Assembly (NCBI GenBank): GCA_963804185.1
Contig: CAWDPM010000018.1
Location: 156,848-220,847, forward strand
DNA from: an uncultured Candidatus Rokubacteria bacterium
GTDB lineage: Bacteria; Methylomirabilota; Methylomirabilia; Rokubacteriales; DASRDR01
Length of the DNA stretch: 64,000 bases
Reading direction: 5' to 3'
Part shown: positions 41,071 to 50,197 of the stretch, piece after piece
How the letters are laid out: the number at the start of each line of letters is the position of its first letter
Position numbering within the stretch: position 1 is the first letter of the stretch
The notes under the pieces: model-generated
Seen by the model: the letters and a program-made list of their open reading frames with translations, nothing else
Told to the model about the DNA's origin: nothing
Databases searched by the model: none
Position numbers and translations under genes: made by a program

Positions 41071-42312
41071 GTGGCCGGGCCAGGTGCGGCTCAGCGAGCC
41101 GTGACCTCTCGTCGGCGGCGCCTGTCCGTGGACGGCTGGATGGGACGCCTCGTCCTGGTCGTGGGCTCGTTCGCAGTCACGCTCGGGCTCGTCGAGGCCG
41201 TGCTTCGCCTGGTGCCGGCGTGGAGCCGCGCCACTACACGCGACGAGCGCTTCGCCTTCAATCCCTATAGGCCCGACGGACGGCTCGGCTTCACCCTGCG
41301 CCCCGGAGTCCGGGTCCGGCATACCGACCGGGATTTCTCAGTGACGGTCGCGGTGAACGCGCTCGGCGCTCGGGGACCTGAGCGCGGAAGTCCCAAGCCT
41401 CCAGGCACGCGGAGGATCCTGCTCCTCGGAGACTCCTTTGCGTTCGGATGGGGGGTCGAGCAGGAAGAGACCTTCGGCGCTCGGCTCGAGCGACTCCTCA
41501 GCGAGCGCGTGGGGCCGGTCGAAGTGCTGTCGGCGGCCGTGCCGGGCTGGAGCACCGACCAGCAGTACCTCTACCTGCGCGTGCACGGCCTGGCCCTCGA
41601 CCCTGACCTCATCTTGCTCGCTGAAGGCGAGAACGATCTCGAGGAGATCGGCCTCAATCGACTCACGCTTGACGAGGACGGGCTGCCCGTCCGTATCGAG
41701 CCGATGTGGCGGATCATCGATGCCACCGGACGCATGCGCTACGTGGGCTCGCGACGCACGGCCCTGCCGCGCCAGGCGTGGCCGGGAGAGACATGGCTGA
41801 AGGACCACTCCCTCCTCTACCACTGGCTGCGCTTCCGGCTGGTAAAGGCGTCCTCCGCACTGGCCGTCCGCCGCGCGCGGCCCCCTGCGCCGGAGTGGCT
41901 CACCAGAGAGCCCGCCCTTCCCATCAACCGCGTGCCGCCGGACGAACTGCAGCGCGCCCTGGCCTCGAGCGCCGACTTTCGCCTCCGCTATCACCTCTTC
42001 CTGCTGGAGGCCATGGAGCACGAGGCCCGCGCTCGTGGGGTCCCCATGCGCACCCTGCTGGTCGCCCACAGCGGCGAGACGCGGCCGGCCGATCCGGCAT
42101 TGGAGGGTCTCCACGCCGCGTGCGCGGCCCGAGGGGAGGCATGCTTCGACAGTGCGCGCGTGATCTCCGCCGCCGAGAGGGAGCGATTCACCTTCGCACA
42201 CGACTCCCACTGGAACGCAGAGGGCCACCGCCGAATCGGCGAGGCGCTGGCCGCCTGGCTGGAGGCAGAACCAGGGCTTCGGCGCGGACCTGGCCGGGAG
42301 GGAAGCGGATGA
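41071..42312 (+). CDS. Membrane-anchored SGNH/GDSL-family hydrolase
   Basis: N-terminal TM anchor, GDS block LLLGDSFAFGWGV, and C-terminal DSHWNAEGH (DxxH). The start may be the internal ATG at 41140. Confidence 0.65.
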   Translation: MAGPGAAQRAVTSRRRRLSVDGWMGRLVLVVGSFAVTLGLVEAVLRLVPAWSRATTRDERFAFNPYRPDGRLGFTLRPGVRVRHTDRDFSVTVAVNALGARGPERGSPKPPGTRRILLLGDSFAFGWGVEQEETFGARLERLLSERVGPVEVLSAAVPGWSTDQQYLYLRVHGLALDPDLILLAEGENDLEEIGLNRLTLDEDGLPVRIEPMWRIIDATGRMRYVGSRRTALPRQAWPGETWLKDHSLLYHWLRFRLVKASSALAVRRARPPAPEWLTREPALPINRVPPDELQRALASSADFRLRYHLFLLEAMEHEARARGVPMRTLLVAHSGETRPADPALEGLHAACAARGEACFDSARVISAAERERFTFAHDSHWNAEGHRRIGEALAAWLEAEPGLRRGPGREGSG

Positions 42313-42407
42313 TGACCAGGGATGGCCGCCAGGCGCTGTGTCAGGCACGACAGCCTGGCGGCACTACGACAGGGCGACGGGGGCGTGTCAGCGCCGAGTT
42401 TGTGAGA

Positions 42408-43435
42408 CTAGAATCTCAGGCCCAACCTGACGGCCCCGAACGGCCCAGACTCGACGTCGATTCGATTCCGGTCGCGCTCGTCGAAGTCCTCGCCTTCGAA
42501 GTAGAAGCGATCGAAGCTGTAGCCGACCGCGATGTCGACGAAAGCCTGCCGGGCGAGCCCGATGATGGCGCCGGCCCGCACGCGCTTCTCGTAGTAGAAG
42601 AGACGGTCGTCGGAATCGGCGCGATCCGCGAGAAGGTACCGCTCGTTCGTCCAGTCGAAGCCGACCCAGAGACGCACCGGGCGGAAGAGCTGATAGGTCA
42701 GCCGGACGTCCACGGTTCGCACTGCCACGTACAGCGCCGTGAGCGTCAGCTTCTCCAGCGGCCGGTACTCCACTGACACGATACCCGTGGTGATGACGGC
42801 CGTCAGCTGGTCGGAAGGGGTGTACGAGTATCCAAGCCCGGGAATCGGGACGTGTGGCAGGAACTCCCGGTTGCTGCCGTAGTTCAGGAAGAAGATCCAC
42901 GCGTCACGCTCTCGCACCGGGATACGTAGCACGGCCGTGGCGCTCACATCCATCTCGTCCCAGCTCGCGAAGGGCTCGTCGCTCGGCGATCCGACGTTGA
43001 CGTTCAGAGCCCCGATCCAGCCCGAGTCGAAACGGTGTCGATAGCTCGTGCCGATCCGGACGTTCCACAGCTCGTCCGGGAACGGCTGGCCGGTGTCCGG
43101 AAGCACGGCTCCGGTGGCGAACTCCTGGTTCCGGAGGCGTGCGGACGCGTACCACTCGTCGGTAACGCTCTGTAGCAGCGGCACCGAGAGGGTGAAGTCT
43201 TGCTGGACCAGCCCGAGCTCGGCATTTTGCCCCTCGACCGGCTGGTCGGGGAAGTAAGTGACCCGGTATTCCGAGCGGATCGGCAGCTCACCAAGCTCGG
43301 GAGCGAACAGGTTCGTGAGCTCCTCCTGGGCGTGGGCTGGAAGTGCGACAAGGCCCAAGAGACACGCCACCAGAGAGATCCAGGCCGGGCGGAATGTCCG
43401 CCCCGGCCGGGGCCGGCGAGCCTGCCGCGAAGGGA
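42408..43435 (-). CDS. Outer-membrane beta-barrel protein
   Basis: Signal peptide (LVACLLGLVALPAHA/QEE), alternating amphipathic beta-strands, and a C-terminal ...LGLRF ending in Phe. There is no canonical start codon in frame immediately upstream of the signal peptide, so the start coordinate is approximate. It is adjacent to the PAP2 stop. Confidence 0.55.
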
Positions 43436-43438
43436 GGG

Positions 43439-44185
43439 CTAGGATGCTTCGGGCGCTTCGGGACTGGTCGCCGCGGGAGCGACGACCAAGTCCACGGACA
43501 ATCCGACCGAGGCCGGGATCAGCAGGCCGCCGTCCGCGCCGCGGGCGAGATGTGTCGATCGGAGGGCGCGCCTCAGGCGAGGCGCCGACTCGACCAGCCA
43601 GATCGCAACCAGGAGATACGCGAAGCCCCCCGCGAAGCCACCCAGGATATCGGAGAGCCAGTGAGCGTCGAGATACATCCGGCTGTATGCCACGGTGCAG
43701 ACGATGAGAGTGCATGCTCCCATCCCGACGAGCCGTCGCCGCCGGGCGCAGCCGAGGCTGACCGCGTAAGCGAGGTATCCGCACAGCACGACGAGACTCA
43801 GAACGTGGGCGCTGGGAAAGCCCCATGCCTCGAGGTTCGGACGGGGTCGATCGGCCGACCACTTCGCCAGGTACTGGGCGACTCCCGCGCCCGCGACGAC
43901 CAGCGGCAGCGCCATGGCCCACCGACGCCGCCTGGGCCAGAGGATCGCGAAGCCCACCACGAGGACCGCGACTTGGCCAGGCTGACCTCCGAGGTTGGAG
44001 GCCCCGGCCATGAAGCTCAGGAGCGATGGGTGATGTGACTGATAAACCAGGGACCGGGCCGCGAGATCCACGTGGGCCAAACGGTCCTGCGTGACGACGA
44101 CGGTCAGGACCAGGAAGCTGAGCAGGAACAGGAGTCCGCCCTGGAGCGCTCGACCCGCATCCCTCGGGGGAGACCCTTGTGCCAT
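43439..44185 (-). CDS. PAP2-family (type 2 phosphatidic acid phosphatase) membrane phosphatase
   Basis: The three PAP2 motifs: KWSADRPRP, PSAH, SRMYLDAHWLSDILGG. Confidence 0.8.
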   Translation of the reverse strand: MAQGSPPRDAGRALQGGLLFLLSFLVLTVVVTQDRLAHVDLAARSLVYQSHHPSLLSFMAGASNLGGQPGQVAVLVVGFAILWPRRRRWAMALPLVVAGAGVAQYLAKWSADRPRPNLEAWGFPSAHVLSLVVLCGYLAYAVSLGCARRRRLVGMGACTLIVCTVAYSRMYLDAHWLSDILGGFAGGFAYLLVAIWLVESAPRLRRALRSTHLARGADGGLLIPASVGLSVDLVVAPAATSPEAPEAS

Positions 44186-44274
44186 GGCAATGACTTGTCC
44201 ACACTAGCACGGTCGCGACCTGGAAAAACAGTGAAGAGATTCGACACGCGGGGGCGAGGGTCCCCGCGGTCGGC

Positions 44275-45291
44275 ATGGTTCTTGCTGAGAGGACTCGAGT
44301 GCGAATCCTGCGAGCTCTGCCCCTCGCCGCTGGCCTCCTCGCGCTCGTCCTCCTCATTCGCCACTTTGGCCTGGAATCCCTGACCGCTGCGCTCACACGA
44401 ATCGCCTGGTGGCAGTTCGTCCTGGTCTGCCTCATTTACGGGGTCAGCATGGTCCTGGACACGCTCGGCTGGCGCGCCACGCTCGTGGCCGACCGGCCGC
44501 CGTTCGTGAGGCTTCTGGCGGCGCGGTGCGCGGGCCAGGCGGTTAACGTGATCACGGCGCTGGGCGGACTGGGAGGAGAAGCGATCAAGGCGTGGCTCGT
44601 GCGCCGGGACATCCCTTATGAGGCCAGCGTTCCGTCGCTCATCCTTGCCAAGACAGCCGAGGTGGTGGGGCAGGCGCTGCTGCTCGCTACCGGGATCCTG
44701 GTCGGGTGGGCGACGGGCGTCGTCGGATCGACCCTCCTCATCCCGATGTGCTACCTGCTCCTCGTCGAGGTCATCGGCGTGGGCGGATTCATCGTGGCGC
44801 AGGTGGCGGGAGGTGTCGGCCGTGTGGGACGCCTCCTGGCGTGGGCAGGCGTCGGGCGCGGAGTGGGCCGCGTCGACGGCGCGGTCCGCGACTTCTACCG
44901 CTCGCACACGAGGTCGCTCCTGACCTCGGTCGGGTTTCACTTCGCCAGCTGGCTCGTGGGTGTCGTGGAGGTCCTGCTCATTCTCCGCGCCTTGCACGTG
45001 CCGGCCTCGCTGGTGACAGCTACGGTCATCGAAGCCCTCGGGACCGGCGTGCGGTTCGCCACGTTCTTCGTCCCGGCGAGCCTCGGCACGCTGGAGGGCG
45101 CCAATGCGGCGGCGTTCGCGGCGCTGGGATGGGCCGCCAGCGACGGGTTGGCCTTCAGCCTCGTGCGACGCGGCCGCCAAGCGGTCTGGATCGGGGTCGG
45201 GCTCGCGATCCTCGGGGCTGTGGGAGCCATCGGAGGCACGCGGGACGCTGGTCAAGAGCCGGCTTCGCCGACCCCGGCCCGCGTCGATTGA
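44275..45291 (+). CDS. UPF0104 / lysyl-phosphatidylglycerol-synthase-TM-like ('flippase-like') membrane protein
   Basis: Polytopic. It is a paralogue of 33747-34817 and is divergently transcribed from the PAP2/OMP pair. Confidence 0.6.
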   Translation: MVLAERTRVRILRALPLAAGLLALVLLIRHFGLESLTAALTRIAWWQFVLVCLIYGVSMVLDTLGWRATLVADRPPFVRLLAARCAGQAVNVITALGGLGGEAIKAWLVRRDIPYEASVPSLILAKTAEVVGQALLLATGILVGWATGVVGSTLLIPMCYLLLVEVIGVGGFIVAQVAGGVGRVGRLLAWAGVGRGVGRVDGAVRDFYRSHTRSLLTSVGFHFASWLVGVVEVLLILRALHVPASLVTATVIEALGTGVRFATFFVPASLGTLEGANAAAFAALGWAASDGLAFSLVRRGRQAVWIGVGLAILGAVGAIGGTRDAGQEPASPTPARVD

Positions 45292-45758
45292 CCGTCTCAC
45301 GCGACCAGGCCGGAAACCCGGGAAACCTGGTCCTCCCACCAGCGGTCCCGCTCCAGGGCCGCGGCCGTGGCCGGCGACACCACGATGCGCAGCCGGTGGC
45401 GCAGCACCTCGAGACGGTCCCGCATCGTGCCTAGCCCGGAAACCGACACACGCTGGCCGCGGCAGCGCAGCGATCCCGCGTCCGTTCCGGGGATTCGGAG
45501 GTGGCGCCGGAGGAGCTTCGCGAACACCTGCCGGCGTGTGGCCGCGCTCATGACGAAGACGTCGAGAGGCCGTCGACGGGCGAGGCCTCCGGTGTGAGGG
45601 GAAGCCAGGCCCCGTAGGTCTTCACGTTGGCCACGATGACGAGGGTCGCGTCGACCGCCACGACGCGTCCGTCCACGACCGCCTGCAGCCGCCTCGGCGG
45701 CTCTTCTCGAAGGTGGCGAAGAGCGGCCCGGTAGACAGGTTGGCGATGCGCTACGGGA

Positions 45759-46493
45759 TCAATGCGACGAGCTGGGTTGAATCCGAAGGGTGGCCACGAG
45801 GGGCAAGTGGTCGGACGCGACGCGCGACAGACGAGTCCGGTGTACGCGGAGACCTTCGCCTCGGACCGTGTGGTCCCAGTAAATCCGGTCAAGGGCCCAC
45901 AGCGGCAGCAGGGCCGGGTGAGTGCGACGCCGCCGCAGGCTCGTGAACTCGTTCCTCAATGCCCGACCCACGCGGCCGGGGAACCACTCGTTCAGGTCGC
46001 CGATCACGATTCGCGGGCCGATGCGGTCATCCCATAGGATGTGGCGTTCGATCAACCACTTCACCTGCGCCGCGCGCTCGTGTCTCCTCAGACCAAGGTG
46101 GACGTTGAAGACGTGGAGGATCTGCTCGCGGAAGGCGAGGTCCGCACGAATTCCCCCGCGAGCCTCGCGCGTTTGCACCGACAGGTCGAAGGTCGCCACA
46201 CCGTGCAACGGGAGGTGCGTCAGGACGGCGTTGCCGTACGCGCCGTCAGATCGATGAACGGTGGTCCCGATGACGAGCTGCATGCCGAGCTCGCGGGCCA
46301 GATGTTCGGCCTGCGCCTCGTAGACCTCCTGGACGCCTACCACGTCGGCGTCGATCTCGCGCAGGACTTCGGCAATGCGCGGCAGGCTCACTCGTCCGTC
46401 GAGGCCACGGCCCCGATGGATGTTGTACGTCGCCACGCGAAGATCGCGACGCGCGGCGCGTGAGGTGCCATGCCCGGTTCGTGAAGCTGACAC
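45759..46493 (-). CDS. Endonuclease/exonuclease/phosphatase (EEP) family protein
   Basis: LRVATYNIHRG...VVGVQEV...GDLNE...SDHLPLVATL is the catalytic signature of the EEP family. Confidence 0.8.
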   Translation of the reverse strand: MSASRTGHGTSRAARRDLRVATYNIHRGRGLDGRVSLPRIAEVLREIDADVVGVQEVYEAQAEHLARELGMQLVIGTTVHRSDGAYGNAVLTHLPLHGVATFDLSVQTREARGGIRADLAFREQILHVFNVHLGLRRHERAAQVKWLIERHILWDDRIGPRIVIGDLNEWFPGRVGRALRNEFTSLRRRRTHPALLPLWALDRIYWDHTVRGEGLRVHRTRLSRVASDHLPLVATLRIQPSSSH

Positions 46494-46722
46494 GATAAGA
46501 CCTCGCTTTCAGGATAGCGGACATCCGAGCCTCGGCAACGCGGCGCCCCTTGGATGCCACCGTGTCGCCCACACGACAGGGTGGCGCCGCAAGGCGCCGA
46601 TGGCATGCCTGCTCGGCTTCCCTCGGGTGTGACCAAGCCATCGGGCTCCTTCAAACGCCCGGGCCTCTTCACTTCGCGGGCCAACGGCCCCCCGGTGTCG
46701 TTCAAGACGTGAGGTCCCGACG

Positions 46723-46738
46723 TGGCACGTGGCTTGCG
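46723..46738 (+). promoter_or_regulatory. Candidate sigma-54 (-24/-12) promoter inside a 640-bp non-coding island
   Basis: TGGCACGtggcTTGCG matches TGGCACG-N4-TTGCW exactly. It points toward rlpA, about 400 nt upstream of its ATG. Confidence 0.3.
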
Positions 46739-47134
46739 AACCTTCGCCCGCATGACTCATCCAAGCTCGCATCGAGCCGAAACATACCGTGCGCTTCCTC
46801 GAGCCGCCGAGATTTCGGCTGCCCCCGTTGCCTTCCCGGTCCTTCGCCCCTTGCGGAACACGACGGTTACTCCACGGACCGGACTCCTGCGCTTGGCGCC
46901 GCGTCTCTCGGTCCTGCCTGGCAATCGGAAGCGGCCGAGCTGGCCAGCCATCGCCCGGGGGATGAGGGCCGCAGTGACGAGGGTGGCCGATCCCTGCATG
47001 GGCGATAACGAAGATGGTCCGCAGTGCGCCTGAGGCCCGCGCTTGACCGACGGTTGGCGAAAACTGGAAGCGGGACGAACGGTGTGCTGATCGAGGGAGG
47101 GAAGCTGCATGGCGAGGGGCGGTGATCCCGAACC

Positions 47135-47578
47135 ATGGCTCGACGCCGCGGAGCGCTCCGCACGGCTTTTCTCCTCCTGCTCGGGATTCCGGTGTTCCTG
47201 TCGGCGGGGCCACCGGTGCCGACTAGCGGTCCGGCGACGGGGGCGATCGTCCGCGTGGCTCGATCGTCCGCCACGAGTCAGGCAGGGCCGGTAGGTCGCG
47301 CCTCGTGGTACGGCGAGTTCCATCACGGCCAGCTGACGGCGTCCGGCGAGACCTTCGACATGATGCAGCTCACGGCGGCCCATCGCACGCTACCGCTTGG
47401 AACACGACTCCGGGTCACTAACCTCGAGAACGGCCGAATGGTCCGGGTGCGCGTGAACGACCGAGGCCCATACGTGGACGGCCGGATTCTCGACCTGAGC
47501 CTCGGAGCCGCGCGAGCACTGAACATGGTCGAGCGCGGTGTCGTTCCCGTGCGACTCGACATCATTGGGATGCACTGA
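47135..47578 (+). CDS. rlpA: RlpA-like septal ring lytic transglycosylase (DPBB domain)
   Basis: Signal peptide, then GRASWYGEFHHGQLTASGETFDM...LGTRLRVTNLENGRMVRVRVNDRGPYVDGRILDLS, the double-psi beta-barrel of RlpA. Confidence 0.8.
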   Translation: MARRRGALRTAFLLLLGIPVFLSAGPPVPTSGPATGAIVRVARSSATSQAGPVGRASWYGEFHHGQLTASGETFDMMQLTAAHRTLPLGTRLRVTNLENGRMVRVRVNDRGPYVDGRILDLSLGAARALNMVERGVVPVRLDIIGMH

Positions 47579-48016
47579 CATCATTGCGATACACTGAGCA
47601 GAACAACTTGTCAGCCTGGTGTCGAACTACCCGACGCAGTTCAACCGGATCATCCAGCAGTCCGGCTATGCCGAGCTCGTGAACAAGCTGAAGACCAAGC
47701 AGGAGGAGCGGCAGTTTGAGAGCGCCGGGCGGGAGGCTGAACCAGGCGGGAAGTGGATGATCCAGGGTGGCCGGATTCTGCGCTCCTCGCGTCCGTTCTG
47801 GTGGAGACGCCGGGACCCTGGCGCGTCGAGCGCATCGCACGCGCAGCAGCGTGTTCTCCGACCCAACGGAGCCCGAGGAGCGGCGGGACCGGCCGGCAGG
47901 TTGAGCTGAGCCAGGTGGAGCGCCAGGCTCGGAGCGTCCGGTGGGCATGACGACCAGGCACAGCATTCAGTTCGTCGATCTGCCCGGCGCCCCGTGATGT
48001 CCGCGGCGATTCGAGT

Positions 48017-48841
48017 GTGAGCGGGAACCCGGCGGCGGCGCTCCGCAATGGCGCGGGATGGGAGACCGTCCTCAGGGCGCCGGCCCAGGGTCAGCACGTC
48101 GCGCAGCTCTACAGCGAGCGGCGCTTTCTGTTCCATGCGGTCGGTGAGTTCGTCGGCGCCGGCCTTCGGCAGGGTGAGGCAGTCCTCCTCATCCTGACGC
48201 CCGCCCACCGTCACCCCATCGTGCGTCAGCTCGAGGGCCAGGGGTTCACGCTCGGGGATCTCTCGCGCCGCCGGCAGCTGACCATCCTCGATGCCACGCC
48301 GACCCTGACCGAGTTGATGGTCGGTGGTCTGCCGAATCGCGAGCGTTTCCAGCTGGTGATCGGCGGAGCGGTCGAGGCGGCGAGGGCCGCCGGATATCGG
48401 AAGCTACGCTCGTTCGGCGAGATGGTGGACGTGCTGCGTCGAACCAGCCTCACCGCCACGTTGCAGCTGGAGGCGCTGTGGAGCGAGCTGGTGCTGGCTC
48501 ATGGGATGGCGCTCCTGTGTGGCTATTCGATCGACAACTTCGATCCCCATACCTACCAGGGGATCCTGCAGGGCGTCAGCAGGGCGCACTCCCATCTCGT
48601 TCCCGTCGAGGACTACGCGCGCCTGGAGCGGGCGGTGGAACGGGCCTACGCGGAGGTCTTCGGTGTCAGGCGCGACGCAGGTTTTCTGCGTCGGGCGTTT
48701 CTCGCCCACTACCCGAGACCGGCCGTGATGCCCGACGCCGAGGCGGCCATTCTCGCCGCGAGGGAGTTCGTTCCGGCGGCGGCCAGCACGCTCCTCGAGC
48801 GGATCCGGCACCACTACCAGAGCTCCACGCCGACAGCCTGA
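48017..48841 (+). CDS. MEDS-domain protein (putative sensory/regulatory)
   Basis: HVAQLYSERRFLFHAVGEFVGAGLRQGEAVLLILTP resembles the N-terminal MEDS (DcmR sensory) domain. The identification is tentative. Confidence 0.45.
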   Translation: MSGNPAAALRNGAGWETVLRAPAQGQHVAQLYSERRFLFHAVGEFVGAGLRQGEAVLLILTPAHRHPIVRQLEGQGFTLGDLSRRRQLTILDATPTLTELMVGGLPNRERFQLVIGGAVEAARAAGYRKLRSFGEMVDVLRRTSLTATLQLEALWSELVLAHGMALLCGYSIDNFDPHTYQGILQGVSRAHSHLVPVEDYARLERAVERAYAEVFGVRRDAGFLRRAFLAHYPRPAVMPDAEAAILAAREFVPAAASTLLERIRHHYQSSTPTA

Positions 48842-49209
48842 CCGTCACGCGCCGATGCCGGGCCTGACCGCCTTAGGTCAGGCGACCCAGCGGACCCAGA
48901 TCCAGCTTCAGATCTTCCGGCGTGAGACCGAACCGCCGGGCCAGTGCGCGAATGGCCCTCTCCAGCCTCAGGAGAGCTCCGGCACGAGCCAGATCGGGCG
49001 CCCGGGGAATGCTGCACGGACGGCGGCGATGGCCTCGAGCTCGGCGCCCACCCGTTGGCGCTCGAGCGCGTCCCTTGCGCTCCGAGGCGCGTGACCCGGT
49101 TCACGAGAATCTCGCCGATCGCGATGCCGCTCACTTCCAGCGCGCGCACTGCATCGCGCCCCTCTTCCACGGCCAGTGAGGCCGCCGACGAGGAGGGTGT
49201 CGAGGATGA

Positions 49210-50193
49210 TCACTCGGACTCCTGCGCGCGCTCGAGCTTCAGACGGATGTTGACGAAGTTGTACGGCGGCCAGGGCCCCGTGTAGCGGAAGGTGAGCTTG
49301 TCGTAGAGTGCGCCAACCTCCTTGACCTTCGCGTCGAAGGCCGTTTCCTTGTCCCGGGAGACGAGGAAGGCCGCGTTCATGATCATCTTGTCGCCGATGG
49401 GCTTGTTGGCGCGGGCGGCCACCGACACGTCCCGCAGCTGCGCGAAGATGTCGGATGCGTACTGATCGGTCCGCGCCTGGAGGGCCGCCTCGATCTGCCG
49501 GCCATACTGCATGCGGGCGAAGTAGGTCGAGCCCGGGACGGCCGCGATCTCGTTCTTGAGCCGCCGGATGTCCTCGTCGTCGTTCTCGATCTCGCGGACC
49601 ATGACATCCCGGTCCCACAGGACCTTGAGGCCGAACTCCACCTTGTCCTGCATCTTGTCGAGCACGTCCCGGAAAGCGTCGTAGGCGCCCCGCAGGAGCT
49701 CCACGATGTCGTCGCGCGTCTTGAACACGGTTCCGAAAGACATCGGGATCACCGTGAAGCTCTTCATCACCGTCTCGTTGACTCGCTCGTGAGCGAGGAC
49801 GTTCTCGCGCGTCGCGTCCAGCACCTCTTCCGGGGTGTCCGAGATGACCGCGGCGATCTCCCGGAAGCCGACGGTCTGGACCTCGGTCGGCTCGCCACCG
49901 AGACTGATCGCCCCGAACCGACGCGGCTCGGCGCTCCGGATGATGCAGTAGACGTACTTGGCGCGGCTGTCGGTTGATCGGCTCACGGGAGCCCCACTGC
50001 CGGGGCCGGGACGCTGCCGGAGGGGCGCCCTCGAGACGGCGTCGCCCGTCGACACGTCCGCCGCCGGTGCGCGTTTTCGCTCCACGGGGAGCTTGACGGG
50101 CGTCGCGCGCTTCGCGGCCGTCGGGGGGGGCGAGGGGAGGGGCCGTGGCGTTACCGTGCGACGGGCCCTCGGTTTCGAGGGCTTCTTCTTCAC
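49210..50193 (-). CDS. GvpF/GvpL-family protein (gas vesicle protein F/L homologue) with basic Pro/Lys/Arg-rich N-terminal extension
   Basis: It aligns to GvpF/L along the whole domain: YVYCII vs LYLYGIF, ENVLAHERVNETVMKSFTVIPMSFGTVF, VEFGLKVLWD, MIMNAAFLVSRDKETAFDAKV..LTFRYTGPWPPYNFVNI. The GTG start is about 5 nt downstream of the receiver gene stop. The N-terminal approx. 110 aa are low-complexity and basic. Confidence 0.75.
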   Translation of the reverse strand: MKKKPSKPRARRTVTPRPLPSPPPTAAKRATPVKLPVERKRAPAADVSTGDAVSRAPLRQRPGPGSGAPVSRSTDSRAKYVYCIIRSAEPRRFGAISLGGEPTEVQTVGFREIAAVISDTPEEVLDATRENVLAHERVNETVMKSFTVIPMSFGTVFKTRDDIVELLRGAYDAFRDVLDKMQDKVEFGLKVLWDRDVMVREIENDDEDIRRLKNEIAAVPGSTYFARMQYGRQIEAALQARTDQYASDIFAQLRDVSVAARANKPIGDKMIMNAAFLVSRDKETAFDAKVKEVGALYDKLTFRYTGPWPPYNFVNIRLKLERAQESE

Positions 50194-50197
50194 GACG

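Noticed and set aside
42408-44435. 675-aa reading of the outer-membrane protein ORF
   Set aside because: The upstream 340 codons overlap the PAP2 gene in another frame and are Arg/Pro-rich. Only the region from the signal peptide onward is credible.
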